DNA of 64,000 nt from Gammaproteobacteria bacterium (GCA_965277715.1 OZ255836.1:1-64000); one strand, 5' to 3'. Counted from the first letter of the stretch, positions 10,499 through 24,584 are shown. Program-made: numbers and translations. Notes: generated by a model from the sequence alone, not told the origin.

Positions 10499-10528
10499 AA
10501 AAAAGCCCGGCATTGTCCGGGCTTTTTA
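10499..10528. terminator. Bidirectional intrinsic terminator
   Basis: AAAAAAGCCCGG-cattgt-CCGGGCTTTTT between convergent genes. Confidence 0.85.
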
Positions 10529-10684
10529 TTAGGGGCATGCACGGAATAAATCCCGCTTTTATCATATTATGTCAATAATGCCTTGCTAATTAATACGGTA
10601 GTACACCAACTGTTTCTGTGGAAAATAGGCTGACGCTAATAGTGGGAATTACTTTGTTAATAACTGATGGTTTATGAAGTTATG

Positions 10685-12181
10685 CTACTGAAGTCGGGAT
10701 AATCGGATTTGTTTTACTTCTTCCAGTTTTGCATTGACCCGCTGGGTTTGTTCAGGGCTGATGCCGGGGTTTCGTAGGGCGAGTTTAAGTTGGTCGAATG
10801 CGGCGTCGGGTACGCCGGTTTTGACGAAGTAGTCGGCCATGTTGATCCGGCTGTCAGCCAGGTTGCCCAATTGTTGCTGATGAAAAGCGAGTAGTTTGTA
10901 AGCCTCAGCTTGTGGTTGCGGTGTGTTGAATAAGTATTCTTGAAGTAATACTTTGGCCTGGTCGTGATGTTTGCCCGCAGTGAGTGCCTGAGTATAGGCT
11001 TCAAGTATGGGGTAGTGAAAGGGATAGTTACTTTGTAGTTCGGCGTATAGCGATAGGCCTTTATGCAGGTCGCCGATATTCTGACCACCAAGTGCTATCA
11101 GGTTACCCGCCTGCAGTAGTTGCACCACAATTGATTGTGGTGCGATATCAAGCAGTTGGTTAATGTAGGGCACTGCCTGGCGGGGGGTGTTCAGTTGCTG
11201 GTGAATGAGTGCCAGGGCATAGAGTGTGTGTGGGTCAGTGTTGTTAGCGGCAGGGTTGTCGGTGGTGGCAAGGCGTTGTGTGTATTGGCGTTGTAACTGT
11301 GGCAGGTTGTCGTGGGTCAATACTGTGAGGCGGGCTTTAATCAGTTGAAAATCAAGGCTGTCGAGCAGTTTGCCCCGGTTGTTGTGTTTTTCGGCATGCG
11401 AGCGTGCCTCGGCCACGCGCCTGGATGACAATGGGTGGGTGCGCAAAAACTCATAACCTTCGTTACCGCCTCGCAAGCTGGCGCGCTGTAGCGCAGTAAA
11501 CATTGCTGACATACTGGTGGTGTCATATTCCCCATTGGCCAACAATTGAATGCCTATTCGATCGGCCTCCAGTTCGTGGTTACGGGTAAAGTTGATCTGA
11601 CTCTGCTGTCCGGCGGCGATGCCGGAGAAAATCGCCGCGTTGCCCGCCTGTGCGTTGCCTTGTGTGCTGGCGATAATACCCGCAATAATGGTGGCTGTAG
11701 CGGCCAGTGATATTCCCTGCTGTTTTGCATACAAACGCGCTAAATGTCGCTGGGTGACATGGGCAATTTCATGGGCAACCACGCTGGCCAGTTGGCTTTC
11801 GTTTTGCGCCAGGTCGATCAATCCACGGTAAAAACCGATATAACCGCCTGGCACAGCAAATGCATTAATCGCGGCATTGTCGAAAATGAAAAAGGTAAAT
11901 AGGTTGTTACCCAGGTTATTGTGGTTCACCAGGCGATCACCCAGCGACTGAATATAGTGGTTAATTTGTGCGTCGATAATGAATGACGGGTGATTGCGTA
12001 CCCGCTGGTAGAATTGGTCGCCGATTTCACGTTCCTGACTTGGCGATAATACCTGGTTGGCGGGTTCTCCAAGTTCTGGGATACCACTGATTTGCTCAGC
12101 GTGTGCAGGTGATGTGAGTAGCGCTATGGTGTATAAGATGACACAAAGCACTGATCTCGAATGGGGTGAGTTAAACATCAT
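10685..12181 (-). CDS. bepA: M48 metalloprotease with TPR repeats (BepA/YfgC)
   Basis: INAFAVPGG, HEIAH, ELEADRIG and FLRTHP motifs; divergent from a tusA-like gene. Confidence 0.85.
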   Translation of the reverse strand: MMFNSPHSRSVLCVILYTIALLTSPAHAEQISGIPELGEPANQVLSPSQEREIGDQFYQRVRNHPSFIIDAQINHYIQSLGDRLVNHNNLGNNLFTFFIFDNAAINAFAVPGGYIGFYRGLIDLAQNESQLASVVAHEIAHVTQRHLARLYAKQQGISLAATATIIAGIIASTQGNAQAGNAAIFSGIAAGQQSQINFTRNHELEADRIGIQLLANGEYDTTSMSAMFTALQRASLRGGNEGYEFLRTHPLSSRRVAEARSHAEKHNNRGKLLDSLDFQLIKARLTVLTHDNLPQLQRQYTQRLATTDNPAANNTDPHTLYALALIHQQLNTPRQAVPYINQLLDIAPQSIVVQLLQAGNLIALGGQNIGDLHKGLSLYAELQSNYPFHYPILEAYTQALTAGKHHDQAKVLLQEYLFNTPQPQAEAYKLLAFHQQQLGNLADSRINMADYFVKTGVPDAAFDQLKLALRNPGISPEQTQRVNAKLEEVKQIRLSRLQ

Positions 12182-12243
12182 ATGGGTAAATATATTATTT
12201 ATACAAATTGGGTAGACACACCGATAAGTTAAAAGGTCAATCA

Positions 12244-12474
12244 ATGAGCAAAATTCATCAGAAACTGGACGCCAGCGGGCTTAATTGCCCATTGCCCATT
12301 TTACGTGCAAAAAAAGCGTTGAATGCAATGGAATCAGGGCAGTATCTACAAGTGATTGCGACTGATCCGGGGGCGGTCGATGATTTTGAGGCGTTTTCCC
12401 GCCAAACAGGTCATGTGCTTAAGGAGAGCACCCGCAAGGATGCTCACTTTCATTTTCTTATCTGCAAGTCCTGA
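12244..12474 (+). CDS. tusA: TusA-family sulfur carrier
   Basis: LDASGLNCPLP...ATDPG motif. Confidence 0.8.
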   Translation: MSKIHQKLDASGLNCPLPILRAKKALNAMESGQYLQVIATDPGAVDDFEAFSRQTGHVLKESTRKDAHFHFLICKS

Positions 12475-12648
12475 TCACCGTATCTAAAGCTGATTGCTGT
12501 TGAAAAATCTTTTTAATTGCTGAATAAGCGCCCTTATTGGCCCCTTCTACGATTGTCTGCTGTCACTGGGCCTGTAGTCAGAGCACGCCTCTCGTACTCG
12601 GTGAAAATGTAGAAATTGCATCAGTTATTAGTTGCAAGTTAATACATA

Positions 12649-14037
12649 TCAGGAGGGCGTTGGAATGGGGGCAGTGCTGTCCACAACACTCGTTAATATG
12701 CCATCAGTGAGCTGTGTACTCAATCTATCGCCAGTGACCACCCCATCAATGCAGGTTAACGGTGTTGTCGCTCCTTCGCGTTGGGTAATCGAATAGCCGC
12801 GCTCCAGGGTCGCCATTGGGCTGGCGATATGCAGTGCGTGCATATTGTCTTTTAATTGTGCGTTTAGCGATGTAATACGCTGGCCCATAGCAGAGTGCAG
12901 TGCCAGGACGGTTTGATTCAGCGTATTGCGTTGTTTGGTAACGTGTTGTTTTGGTGAGTGCATTGCCAGTTTGAGCTGTAATTGGCTCAAGGTTTTATCG
13001 GCGTATCTGCGGTGTTGATCAATCGCACGTGACAGACGCAGCGACAGCTCGTCACAGCGCTGAAATTTTTGTTGAAGCTGTCGTTGTGGGTGTTGTATCG
13101 CCAGGCGCTGGCGCAGTGAGTTTAGTCGGCTGTGCTGCTGCGCGATATGGCTATTCGCCGTTCTTCGCAGCTCGCTCTGCCAGTGGTTAAAGCATGCCAT
13201 CACGTCTTGCTGTTGCGGGCACGCCAGCTCTGCGGCGACTGAGGGCGTTGGCGCACGCCGATCGGCGGCAAAGTCGGCCAGGGTAAAGTCAATTTCGTGG
13301 CCGATACCGCTGACCAATGGAATACTGCCTACAGCAATGGCCCGCACGACAACCTCTTCATTAAATGCCCAGAGGTCTTCGATAGAACCGCCACCACGCA
13401 TCAGCAGTAGTGTGTCGCATCGCTTGTCTTTATTGGCACGTGCAATCTGTTGGGCAATTTTTTGTGCGGCACCTTCGCCTTGCACGGGTGTCGGGTAAAT
13501 GAATACTTCTGCCAGTGGATAGCGGCGAGCCAATACATCGAGTGCATCCTGTAGGGCGGCGCCAGTACCTGAGGTGATGATACCGATGTGTTTTGGGTAG
13601 TTGGGTATGGGTTTTTTTCTGTCTTCGTTGAACAGGCCCTCTTGTTTGAATTTTTCAAAGTGTTGTTCAAATTGGTACTGCAATGCACCGGTGCCGGTTT
13701 CTTCGATATGCTCGACAATAAACTGGTATTCACCGCGTGTCTCGTACAGGCCAAGGCGACCACGAGCGAGAATTTGCATACCGTTTTCCGGTGAAAAATC
13801 GAGGTAGCGGTTGCGGCCTTTAAACATCGCACAGCGAATTTGTGCCAGACTGTCTTTCATCGAGAAGTAATAATGGCCTGAGGCAGGTTTGCTGAAGTTG
13901 GATACTTCACCTTGCAGCCATAGTAGGCCAAAAGTACTGTTAAGTAATTGTTTTACATCCTGATTTAAACGGCTAATACTCCATATATCACGTTGGCGGT
14001 TTATTGTTACCGACGGGGAAAGAAGGTCTGAAGGCAT
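12649..14037 (-). CDS. xseA: Exodeoxyribonuclease VII large subunit
   Basis: GEVSNF..SGHYYFSMKD, RGGGSIEDLWAFN, GHEID, APTPS and LERGYS motifs. Confidence 0.97.
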   Translation of the reverse strand: MPSDLLSPSVTINRQRDIWSISRLNQDVKQLLNSTFGLLWLQGEVSNFSKPASGHYYFSMKDSLAQIRCAMFKGRNRYLDFSPENGMQILARGRLGLYETRGEYQFIVEHIEETGTGALQYQFEQHFEKFKQEGLFNEDRKKPIPNYPKHIGIITSGTGAALQDALDVLARRYPLAEVFIYPTPVQGEGAAQKIAQQIARANKDKRCDTLLLMRGGGSIEDLWAFNEEVVVRAIAVGSIPLVSGIGHEIDFTLADFAADRRAPTPSVAAELACPQQQDVMACFNHWQSELRRTANSHIAQQHSRLNSLRQRLAIQHPQRQLQQKFQRCDELSLRLSRAIDQHRRYADKTLSQLQLKLAMHSPKQHVTKQRNTLNQTVLALHSAMGQRITSLNAQLKDNMHALHIASPMATLERGYSITQREGATTPLTCIDGVVTGDRLSTQLTDGILTSVVDSTAPIPTPS

Positions 14038-14130
14038 GTGTTAAGTGTACCAGATAGCGATGTGTTGTTGCGTTGGTTGAACGAATGATCAGTGTTTACA
14101 TCAAACAATGCACTGCTTTTAGGGGTTACT

Positions 14131-15084
14131 ATGAAACTGCATACTAAATTATGTATTCTATTTCTGTTTATTTGCAGTGCATCGCAGGCAGAAGTCCGTC
14201 TGGCCGAGGTTGTCGTTGAATCGGACGGCGAGGCAAACCACACGGTATATATTGATGGTAGCCGCATCGACGTACATTTTTCAGATGATTCACTGTACCC
14301 AAAGCGGGATTTACTCCTCGATTGGGTCAGCCACTCAGCCCAGGTAGTGCAACACTACTACGGTCGTTTCCCGGTAGACCAGGTGTCATTGGCTTTACTC
14401 ACTTACAACGGAGGGGGAGTCGATGGTGGTAAACAATTCAGTGGAGCATTACCGGTTATTAATGTCACGGTGGGAAACCGGGTTTCAAAACAGGAACTAT
14501 ACAATGACTGGATAATGATTCACGAAATGATTCATCTTGCATTGGCCGATTTGCCCCATTACAACCGCTGGCTTGAAGAGGGGTTATCGGTTTACGTGGA
14601 AGGTGTGTCCAGAGTTCAGGTGGGGGCTGTCGATGAAGATACACTTTGGCGCAGCTATTACAGCGATATGCCAAAAGGTCTGCCAGAGGCCAATGATAAA
14701 GGGCTTGATAACACACCTACCTGGGGGCGCCGCTATTGGGGCGGGGCGTTGTTTTGCCTGCTTGCCGATATTGAAATACGCAAAAGAACCAATAACCGGC
14801 GCAGCTTACAAGATGCTTTGCGCGCTATTGTCAATGCAGGTTATTCGACGAATGTCGATTCGATGGTCATGCCGCTGCTGAAAGTGGGAGATAAGGCCAC
14901 GGGGGTTGATGTATTGGTACCCATGTATAAAAAAATGAGTCAAAGCCCGGAAACACCTGCGTTGGAGTCTGTGTGGCAATCACTGGGTATTTCGGTGTCA
15001 GGGCGTGTAGTGACATATGATGATAAGGCGCCGTTGGCACATGTTCGCAAACAAATGTTGAAGGCAGATTCTGTTATCAATTAA
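14131..15084 (+). CDS. Secreted zinc metallopeptidase-like protein (gluzincin/M61-like)
   Basis: Signal peptide, HEMIH and downstream WLEEG, YWGGAL. Confidence 0.6.
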   Translation: MKLHTKLCILFLFICSASQAEVRLAEVVVESDGEANHTVYIDGSRIDVHFSDDSLYPKRDLLLDWVSHSAQVVQHYYGRFPVDQVSLALLTYNGGGVDGGKQFSGALPVINVTVGNRVSKQELYNDWIMIHEMIHLALADLPHYNRWLEEGLSVYVEGVSRVQVGAVDEDTLWRSYYSDMPKGLPEANDKGLDNTPTWGRRYWGGALFCLLADIEIRKRTNNRRSLQDALRAIVNAGYSTNVDSMVMPLLKVGDKATGVDVLVPMYKKMSQSPETPALESVWQSLGISVSGRVVTYDDKAPLAHVRKQMLKADSVIN

Positions 15085-15123
15085 CCCGACGATAACCCTG
15101 TCCATTCATCCAGTTTTCAAGGC

Positions 15124-15477
15124 TTAAGCCTTTGACGCGCTTAAAATGTTGCGTGTTGTAGTAACCAGTGTCATTTCATTCTGCACGCTAATACTCGCTA
15201 TCATTAGGTCGAGGTCAGTGAGGGTACTGCCCTGTGTTTTTAGTTTTGCTTTATTTTGTGCAAAGAGGCAAGCCGATGTTTCGCAGAAAGGTAAAATCGG
15301 TATTTTGCCGGGAAATGCACGCACTTTTTCCAGGTTTTGGGTTTTTCTGGTGGAATTGAATACACCGAATAAGAGTTCGATGTGATTGATTATGGCGGTA
15401 TGTAAGGTATCGGGTAGCGTGTTGGCGAGGCGCTGAATTATACGTTCCTCGCTTGTTTCATTGATTGCTCTAATCAT
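15124..15477 (-). pseudogene. PIN-domain (VapC-like) toxin remnant
   Basis: IELLFG and DLMIASIS...TLVT motifs; lacks the N-terminal DTN motif and has a degenerate C-terminus; no antitoxin seen. Confidence 0.6.
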
Positions 15478-15547
15478 GGGCTGTCAAATGTTGTATGTAC
15501 AAAATATGGTATGGATTGATTATTTGTAAATACATTATGGTGTTTGA

Positions 15548-17146
<1,599 letters not shown>

Positions 17147-17186
17147 TGTGAACTAACCCTAAACACTATTTTTACCGGGTAGCAAT

Positions 17187-18761
17187 GTGACCGATATTCA
17201 TCAGGATAAAATCCTTATTCTCGATTTTGGTTCTCAGTACACGCAACTAATAGCGCGCCGGGTGCGTGAAATAGGCGTCTACTGCGAAATTTACGCCTGC
17301 GATGTGGTCTTTGAACACATCGCGGCATTCTCACCCAAAGGTATTATTCTCTCCGGTGGACCTGAATCGGTGGGGCGTGAAAATACGCCGCGTATCGCCA
17401 GTGAGGTATTCACTATGGGGGTTCCGGTACTGGGTATTTGTTACGGTATGCAGGCGATGGCGGCCCAGTTTGGTGGTGCCATCGATACGTGTTCACACAG
17501 CGAATTTGGCTATGCCGAAGTGCGTGCACGCGGCCATTCGACGTTGCTGCGCGATATTCAGGACCGGGTTAATGAGGCGGGCCACGGCCTGCTGGATGTG
17601 TGGATGAGCCACGGTGATCGGGTTAGCACGCTACCTGAAGGGTTTACCTTAATCGCCAGTTCAGACAATGCCCCCATCGCGGGTATAGCCGATGAATCGA
17701 AGTATTTTTACGGGCTTCAATTCCACCCGGAAGTAACGCATACCCACCAGGGTGGTGCAATCTACCAGCGTTTTGTCCGGGATATCTGTGCGTGCCAGGG
17801 CTTGTGGACAGCACAGAATATTGTTGAAGATGCGATAACACGGGTGCGACAACAGGTGGGTCAGGATGAGGTGATACTCGGTCTTTCAGGGGGTGTTGAT
17901 TCCTCGGTAGTGGCGGCGATTTTGCACAGGGCAGTTGGTAAACAGTTAGTTTGTGTATTTGTCGATAATGGTTTGCTGCGTCATAACGAAGGCGATCAGG
18001 TGATGGCCCTTTTTGCAGAAAATCGTGGCATCCGCGTTATTCGTGTCGATGCACAGGCCCGTTTTCTAAAAGCACTAACAGGGGTTGTTGATCCTGAGCG
18101 TAAGCGTAAGATTATTGGTAATCTATTTGTCGAGGTTTTTGAACAAGAAGCTGCAAAATTTAGTCGGGCAAAATGGCTTGCACAAGGGACTATCTACCCG
18201 GATGTTATCGAATCCGCCGGTGCCAGTACGGGCAAAGCGCACCTGATTAAGTCGCATCATAATGTGGGGGGGCTGCCTGAAAATATGGTGTTAAAGTTAC
18301 TTGAACCACTGCGCGAGTTATTCAAAGACGAAGTGCGTGAGATAGGGCTTGAGTTGGGTTTGCCTGCGGCGATGGTGTATCGCCACCCATTTCCTGGCCC
18401 TGGTCTTAGTGTGCGGATTCTTGGTGAAGTGAAAAAAGAATACGCCGATTTATTGCGGCTGGCCGATGATATTTTTATTAGCGAGCTGCGCACCCATGGT
18501 CTATATGATGGGGTTTCGCAGGCATTTGCGGTATTTTTACCGGTTAAGTCGGTGGGGGTGACTGGTGACGGGCGCCGTTACGATTATGTTGTTGCACTGC
18601 GCGCTGTGGAAACGGTGGATTTTATGACGGCGCGTTGGGCGCACCTCCCCTATGCGTTTCTCGATACGGTTTCACGGCGGATTATTAATGAAGTATCCGG
18701 TGTTTCCCGGGTTGTTTATGATATTTCTGGGAAACCACCTGCTACTATTGAGTGGGAGTAG
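17187..18761 (+). CDS. guaA: GMP synthase (glutamine-hydrolysing)
   Basis: LDFGSQY, GICYGMQ, QFHPE, SGGVDS and C-terminal KPPATIEWE. Confidence 0.98.
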   Translation: MTDIHQDKILILDFGSQYTQLIARRVREIGVYCEIYACDVVFEHIAAFSPKGIILSGGPESVGRENTPRIASEVFTMGVPVLGICYGMQAMAAQFGGAIDTCSHSEFGYAEVRARGHSTLLRDIQDRVNEAGHGLLDVWMSHGDRVSTLPEGFTLIASSDNAPIAGIADESKYFYGLQFHPEVTHTHQGGAIYQRFVRDICACQGLWTAQNIVEDAITRVRQQVGQDEVILGLSGGVDSSVVAAILHRAVGKQLVCVFVDNGLLRHNEGDQVMALFAENRGIRVIRVDAQARFLKALTGVVDPERKRKIIGNLFVEVFEQEAAKFSRAKWLAQGTIYPDVIESAGASTGKAHLIKSHHNVGGLPENMVLKLLEPLRELFKDEVREIGLELGLPAAMVYRHPFPGPGLSVRILGEVKKEYADLLRLADDIFISELRTHGLYDGVSQAFAVFLPVKSVGVTGDGRRYDYVVALRAVETVDFMTARWAHLPYAFLDTVSRRIINEVSGVSRVVYDISGKPPATIEWE

Positions 18762-18769
18762 TTATTTCA

Positions 18770-18807
18770 GTGTAAGTAATTGATTTTATTGAATTATATA
18801 CTTACAC
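18770..18807. other. Inverted repeat at the guaA/island junction (attL region)
   Basis: GTGTAAGTA...TACTTACAC just after the guaA stop, with an abrupt shift to AT-rich sequence ahead of an integrase. Confidence 0.5.
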
Positions 18808-18925
18808 ATTGCTTTCACAAACAAAAATCAATCATTGATTTACTTAATCTTTTTTTCATAAAGTTACACAAAATGTTGCACAAACGTGTGACTACTGAAA
18901 CTCGTAGTAACTCAGAGACTAAGAT

Positions 18926-20162
18926 TTGGCACTGAAGAAACAGCACTTTGCTGAAGGCGAAATAGCAATATTTGACGAAGCTTGTATCTACAAGCGAGGT
19001 GAGTATTGGCAGTTTCGTATGTGGTTGCCAAAAGAAAACAAGCACGCACGTAAAAGCCTACGTATACGCAGTGAAGCTACTGCGATTGAAAAAGGTAAAG
19101 CTGCGTACTTAGAAATTTACGCCAATCTTCAACAAGGCAAATCCTACTTCTCCATAACCACAAAAGAAGGTGTGGAGAAGTATCTTAGCTTTCGTATGCG
19201 TGACGTTGAACTTGGACATATAGTCAAAGGACGACACACAACAATAACTACGCACTTACAGCACTTTCTAAGCTACATTGGCAAAGACACTAAGCTAAAA
19301 TAACTAGAACGTACTGACTGCGAAAACTACTTCTACCATCGCCACAAAGCTACCAACGGCAACGTCAAACAAGTCACTGTTCAAAACGAACAAAGCACAA
19401 TCAATGCACTGATGAAGTGGCTGCACAAGAATGGCGAAACACACATTGATGGCTTCGACTTTAAGAAGTTGCCACGCTTAGATAAAGGCAATGATGCTAT
19501 TCGTCGTGCAACACTGACTAACGACAAGTACGAGGCACTATACCGTGCAATGCGTACTTACACTGCGAAACACAATAAGATTGATGAAGCTGAGCTAAGA
19601 GTGCGCAAAATCGTGCAGCACTACGTTCTAATCGCAGCTAACAGTGGATTATGAGTTGGCGAACAGAGACAGTTACGTTGGAGTGACGTGCAGATTGAAC
19701 GTCATAAAGTGAATGGCGAAGAACAAAAGCTAGCATGTATCCACGTTCGCGCAGAGACAAGTAAAGTGCGAACAAGTCGTACCTTCTTGTGTCGCAATGG
19801 ACAATACTTCGAACACTTACTCGAAATATCTAAGCCTAAAAGTGCAGATGAATTAATCTTTACAGTCGATAACGAGAACGAACTTAGCAAGCGTACGCTG
19901 CTGTACCACTTCCACAAAATGATTGAGTTAGCAGAATATTGCAGATAGGGAAGTGCGTGACTTAGTACCCTACAGCTTGCGTTACTTTATGATTACGCAG
20001 CGTATTATGAGTGGATTAACGTTTAGGCAGATAGCAGATATGTGTGGCACTAGCGTAACGCAAATTGAAAAGACGTATTATCACTTGAATGATGAAATCC
20101 GTTTAACCAACGCTGTAGCTGACTACAGACGTAGAGAAGATGGCACTATTGAAGTTCTATAG
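18926..20162 (+). pseudogene. Tyrosine integrase of the guaA-integrated island, inactivated
   Basis: One frame broken by TAA (19301) and TGA (19652, at the Arg of SGL[R]VGE), then a frameshift near 19940; C-terminal YSLR..., GTS..QIEKTY. Confidence 0.85.
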
Positions 20163-20180
20163 AAAGAAAGGGACAAATAA

Positions 20181-20465
20181 ATGACTTTATTTACACCACG
20201 GTATGATGAAGGTGTGAACTACTCAATTAGGTTAGTAATTGAATTCAAACCAATGCCTTTAGAAGAAGGCGAAAAATTACTGCCACTTCTACGTCAAGCG
20301 AATGGAAAATATGGCTTCACTGAACTGCGAGAGAATGAAGGCATGTACAACGCACTTCTTCTGACTATTGTCGAAAAGAAATATAAAATGAAAAGTAAAC
20401 TGGAAGAAATTCGAAACGACGTGGGCAAGAACACCAATGATGCATACGAAAAGATGAAAGAATAA
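20181..20465 (+). CDS. Hypothetical protein (island)
   Basis: 94-aa ORF with an AGGG RBS, following the integrase. Confidence 0.5.
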   Translation: MTLFTPRYDEGVNYSIRLVIEFKPMPLEEGEKLLPLLRQANGKYGFTELRENEGMYNALLLTIVEKKYKMKSKLEEIRNDVGKNTNDAYEKMKE

Positions 20466-20469
20466 GTTT

Positions 20470-20742
20470 ATGTTTGAAGAATTTATGCTGAGCACTGGAA
20501 ATGACGAAAAAGCATCACACATGGCGCTGTCGATTGTACAAAACTACGTAGAAGACGAAATACGATGTGCAAACGCAAAGCGATATAAAGAGAACGCAAA
20601 AGACTTTATAAGAGAGGTTGAGGCTTTCATCGAAGGGGTGACGTTTGCGATGCCCTCAATTGCGATACTTGATGACATAGAAGTAAGAAATCAGATTGTT
20701 CGATGCATTGTTGATGACTTATCAAAGGTTGAGTTAGATTAA
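20470..20742 (+). CDS. Hypothetical protein (island)
   Basis: 90-aa acidic ORF starting 4 nt after the previous stop. Confidence 0.5.
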   Translation: MFEEFMLSTGNDEKASHMALSIVQNYVEDEIRCANAKRYKENAKDFIREVEAFIEGVTFAMPSIAILDDIEVRNQIVRCIVDDLSKVELD

Positions 20743-22522
20743 TTCAGCAGCGTTGCGCTTCATCTCATCATTAACTGTCACGTAACGCTGTGTAGTCTGA
20801 ATGCTGCGATGTCCAGCCATATCAGCAAGCACAAACACACTTACGCCCTTTTGGCTGAGTGAGGTTAACTATGTCCTCGTGTAGAAGTTTAGACCCGATC
20901 TGACCCTTCATTAAATCCAGTAAGCTTGACTTAATGAGAGTTACCCGTTTTGATGTGATTGCTAACATCAATCAAAACGTTAAAGGTAACTCTCATGATT
21001 CATACTAATGACAAAGTCATTAAACATAAAGTTGGTCTATTGAATTTGGCCGAAGAGCTTGGAAACGTATCGAAAGCCTGCAAAATGATGGGCTTATCAC
21101 GCGATACCTTTTATCGCTACAAAGCCGCTAACGATGAAGGAGGAGTTGAAGCATTATTGGATCGTAATCGACGTAGCCCCACCCTCAAAAACCGTGTTGA
21201 TCCGAGCATTGAAAATGTCGTGTTGGACTCTGCACTTGAAGAACCCGCTCATGGGCAAACTCGCACCAGTAATGAATGACGTAAACGGGGAATTTTTGTA
21301 TCACACTAGTGGTGTGCGAGGTATCTGGCTACGGCATGGTCTAGCCTGTTTTAAACATCGCTTAAAAGCGCTTTGTGAAAAAGTGGCCTCAGAGGGTTTG
21401 ATTCTGACCGAATCACAGGTCGCCGCCATGGAGCGAAAGAAAGACGATGATGAGGTTTGTGGTGAAATAGAAACTGCCTATCCAGGGTATCTAGGCTCTC
21501 AAGATACGTATTACGTTGGCACCTTTAAGGGCATTGGTCGTGTTTATCAACAAACGTTTGTGGATACTTATAGCAAGGTAGCCCATGCCAAACTCTATAC
21601 GACCAAAACTCCTATTACCGCAGCGGATATACTCAATGATCAGGTGCTGGCGTTCTACGAAGAACACAGCCTTCCTATGCTGCGAATTATGACCGATAGA
21701 GGCACCGAGTATTGTGGGCGTGCGGATCAACATGATTATCAGCTTTATATGGCTCTGAATGATATTGAACACACTAAAACCAAGATCAAGTCACCTCAGA
21801 CCAACGGTATTTGCGAACGATTCCACAAGACTATTTTGAACGAGTTTGATCAGATCACTTTGCGTAAAAAAATCTATCAAAGTATGGAGGAACTTCAAGT
21901 TGATCTTGACGAATGGTTAATCAAGTACAATACTCAGCGAACCCACCAAGATAAAGTGTGCTGCGGTAGAACCCCGATGGAAACTCTTATCGACGGTAAA
22001 TCAATCTGGAAACTTAAGTTGTTGAACTAAACTTAAGCTGACAGTCAGTCACTGAAAATTGGGTAACTGTCAGATCAAGTTTGAACTTCTACACCTACGC
22101 CCAGAATGTGACGTAGCGCCAGCAATTCCAGCACGTGCGTACAAGCGTTGTAGATGCTGTGTAGCAGTGTTTGCACTAAATCGCGCACTCTTTTGCGTAG
22201 AGAACAAATAACCGTGCTGTGGACGCTTGGCTACGCTGCTAACGTATGCTTGTAGCTGTCGCTGCATTTGCTTTGGCAGAAATATCTTACGTGCACGTTT
22301 TGACTTGGTACGTGCTGCATCAAGTGTCATTTCGTCTCGTACGGTGCCGTTTGCATCAACTACATCATCAAAGCGTAGTGCAGCCACCTCTCCAACACGT
22401 AATCCACACAAATGCGTAAACAGCAGCATAGTACTATCACGTAATGGATAGCGACTGCATGAATTTGTTACGTCTAGTAGCTGCTTAAATTCTGTTTTGT
22501 TAAGTGTCTTTGCTTGTGCCAT
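20736..22522 (-). pseudogene. Small catalytic-domain tyrosine recombinase interrupted by IS481
   Basis: N-part has GLRVGE, TKSK and HSGRR; C-part on the far side of the IS (about 20868-20736) reads LTSLSQKGVSVFVLADMAGHRSIQTTQRYV. Confidence 0.85.
20880..22093 (+). mobile_element. IS481-family element, transposase broken by a nonsense codon and a frameshift
   Basis: Ends TGTAGAAGTTTAGACCCGATCTGAC / GTCAGATCAAGTTTGAACTTCTACA; QDT, TDRGTEY and PQTNGICERF motifs; ORFs 20995-21279 and to 22030. Confidence 0.9.
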
Positions 22523-22804
22523 ATGTCACCGCCTAAATGTAATGTTTTCGTACATACAGCGTATTTTCTGAGGTTCTATTTGAGCAACCAATAAGTGCTC
22601 ATATAATTCCTTTCATACATCAAAGACTTACGTGGAAATGTAAGATAATCACACTTTTCTTACTTATATTAAGTGATGTTTGAGTGTCAGCTTCGCTAAC
22701 ACTACTTGTGCCGTTTGTTCATTCGCATTCGCTCAATCACATACAGCACAGCGTGAACTCCTTTATTTGAATCATTATCTCTTACTCATTTACTAGGAAG
22801 AGCT

Positions 22805-24482
22805 CCCCTGTGTCAGGCTAGTTGTCCCCCTCCCTAAATTGGGATTCAATAAGTTATTACAGGAGGCAAAGAGAGAGTGGTATGCGTTATCCAGTAGAAA
22901 GAAAGGCCGCTGTTTTAAAGAAGATGCTGCCGCCAAATAACCAAACAATTTCCCAGTTAGCCAAAGAAGAAGGCATTGCACAAGGCACGCTTTATAGTTG
23001 GCGAGCCCAAGCAAGAGCGAAAGGCGAACTCATGCCAGATGGCGATTTGACACCAGCAGGTTGGGGTTCTTCGGATAAGTTTGCAGCGGTTCTGGAAAGT
23101 GCGTCATTAAGCGAAACAGACCTTTCAGCTTATTGCCGTCATCGTGGTTTGTCCCCTGATCAGATTAAGGCGTGGCGAATGGCTTGTGAACAAGCCAATG
23201 ACTGGGATCGCGCCCAAACGAAACGTTTACAAACCAGTCGTAGAGAAGCGGATAAACGTATTAAACGTCTCGAACAAGACCTGCACCGAAAGGAGAAAGC
23301 GTTAGCCGAAACAGCCGCTTTGCAGGTGCTTAGAAAAAAGGCCCAAGCGATCTGGGGGGAGGTAGAGGACGAATGACCTGCCATTCAGATCGCCAAAATA
23401 GTATCCGTTTAATCAAAGAGGCCGTTGTTGCTGGCGCTACATTAGGCAAAGCGTGCAAAGTGCTTGAGTTACACCCTAAGACGTACCGACGCTGGGCAAA
23501 CGCGGGTACTGTCCGTGCTGATGGCAGACCCACTGCCCATCGACAGGCGCCTGGTAATAAGTTCACAGAACAAGAGCGGGCATTGATCGTCACCCCCTGT
23601 AATGAAGCGAAATACCAAGCGCTACCCCCCTCGCAAATTGTGCCCAAATTGGCGGATGAAGGTGTGTATATTGGATCAGAGTCAAGCTTCTATCGGGTGT
23701 TAAAGTCGGAAAACCAACTGCAGCGGCGAGGTAAGGCGGCGGCGCCTAAAAAACGGCACAAACCTAACAGCTACCTGGCATCAAGGCCAAACGAGGTGTG
23801 GTCTTGGGATATTACCTTTTTGAAATCGAACATAACCGGGTGGTTTTACCGGCTTTACATGATGATGGATATTTACAGTCGTAAAATTGTTGCCTGGGAA
23901 GTGCATGACAGTGAATCGGCTGATCTGGCAGCGGCGCTGATCCAGCGTGCCTGTTTAGCGGAGGGGTGCAGCCAGAGTCAATTGGTATTACACGCGGATA
24001 ATGGTGGCCCAATGAAAGGTGCTACCATGTTAGCAAAACTGCAATGGTTGGGTGTGATACCTTCGTTTAGCAGGCCATCGGTAAGCGATGATAATCCTTA
24101 TTCAGAAAGTCTGTTTAGAACCTTAAAATACACGCCTGCCTATCCGTCAAAGCCATTTGATAGTTTAGCCTCTGCGCGAAACTGGGTGCATGGATTTGTG
24201 CAATGGTACAACGGCTCTCATTGCCATAGCGGCATTGGGTTTGTGACACCAGCCTCGCGTCATAAAGGCGAAGATCACGCGATACTGGCAGCCAGAAAAG
24301 CAGTTTATGAACAAGCAAAGGCCAAACACCCTGAACGCTGGAGCCAGGATATTAAACACCTCGAACCGGTATCGGGGGTGTGGTTAAACCCGGAAAAGGA
24401 AGGCTTGGCCATGAGACAAAAGCATAATGGAATTGAAAAGCAAGTAGCATAGTAAAACGGACAACTACCTTGACAAACACCG
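22805..24482 (+). mobile_element. IS3-like two-ORF element, type A copy 1 (orfA 22882-23376, orfB 23373-24452)
   Basis: WSWDIT, HADNG and DNPYSES DDE motifs; ATGA overlap; 1678 bp, same length as copy 45322-46999; flanks GAGCT/GAGCA. Confidence 0.9.
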
Positions 24483-24584
24483 GAGCAAGTCAAAGCCTAG
24501 TTTTAGGCAATGACTGTAGTTCTTAACTCATTTACTGAGGATTACACAACTGGGCTTACACAACTCTTAACGAGGAAGGTAGGT

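Noticed and set aside
18730-18761. A second copy of the guaA 3' end (attR) closing the island
   Set aside because: I could not find it by eye in the window, so the right boundary of the island is left undefined
18926-20162. Stop-codon readthrough or alternative genetic code in the integrase
   Set aside because: The stops are of different types and accompanied by a frameshift, and neighbouring genes use the standard code; ordinary decay explains it
22680-24584. Short direct repeats (ACTCATTTACT twice, TTACACAACT twice) as CRISPR or iterons
   Set aside because: Only two copies each, irregular spacing, no cas or rep gene; too weak to call
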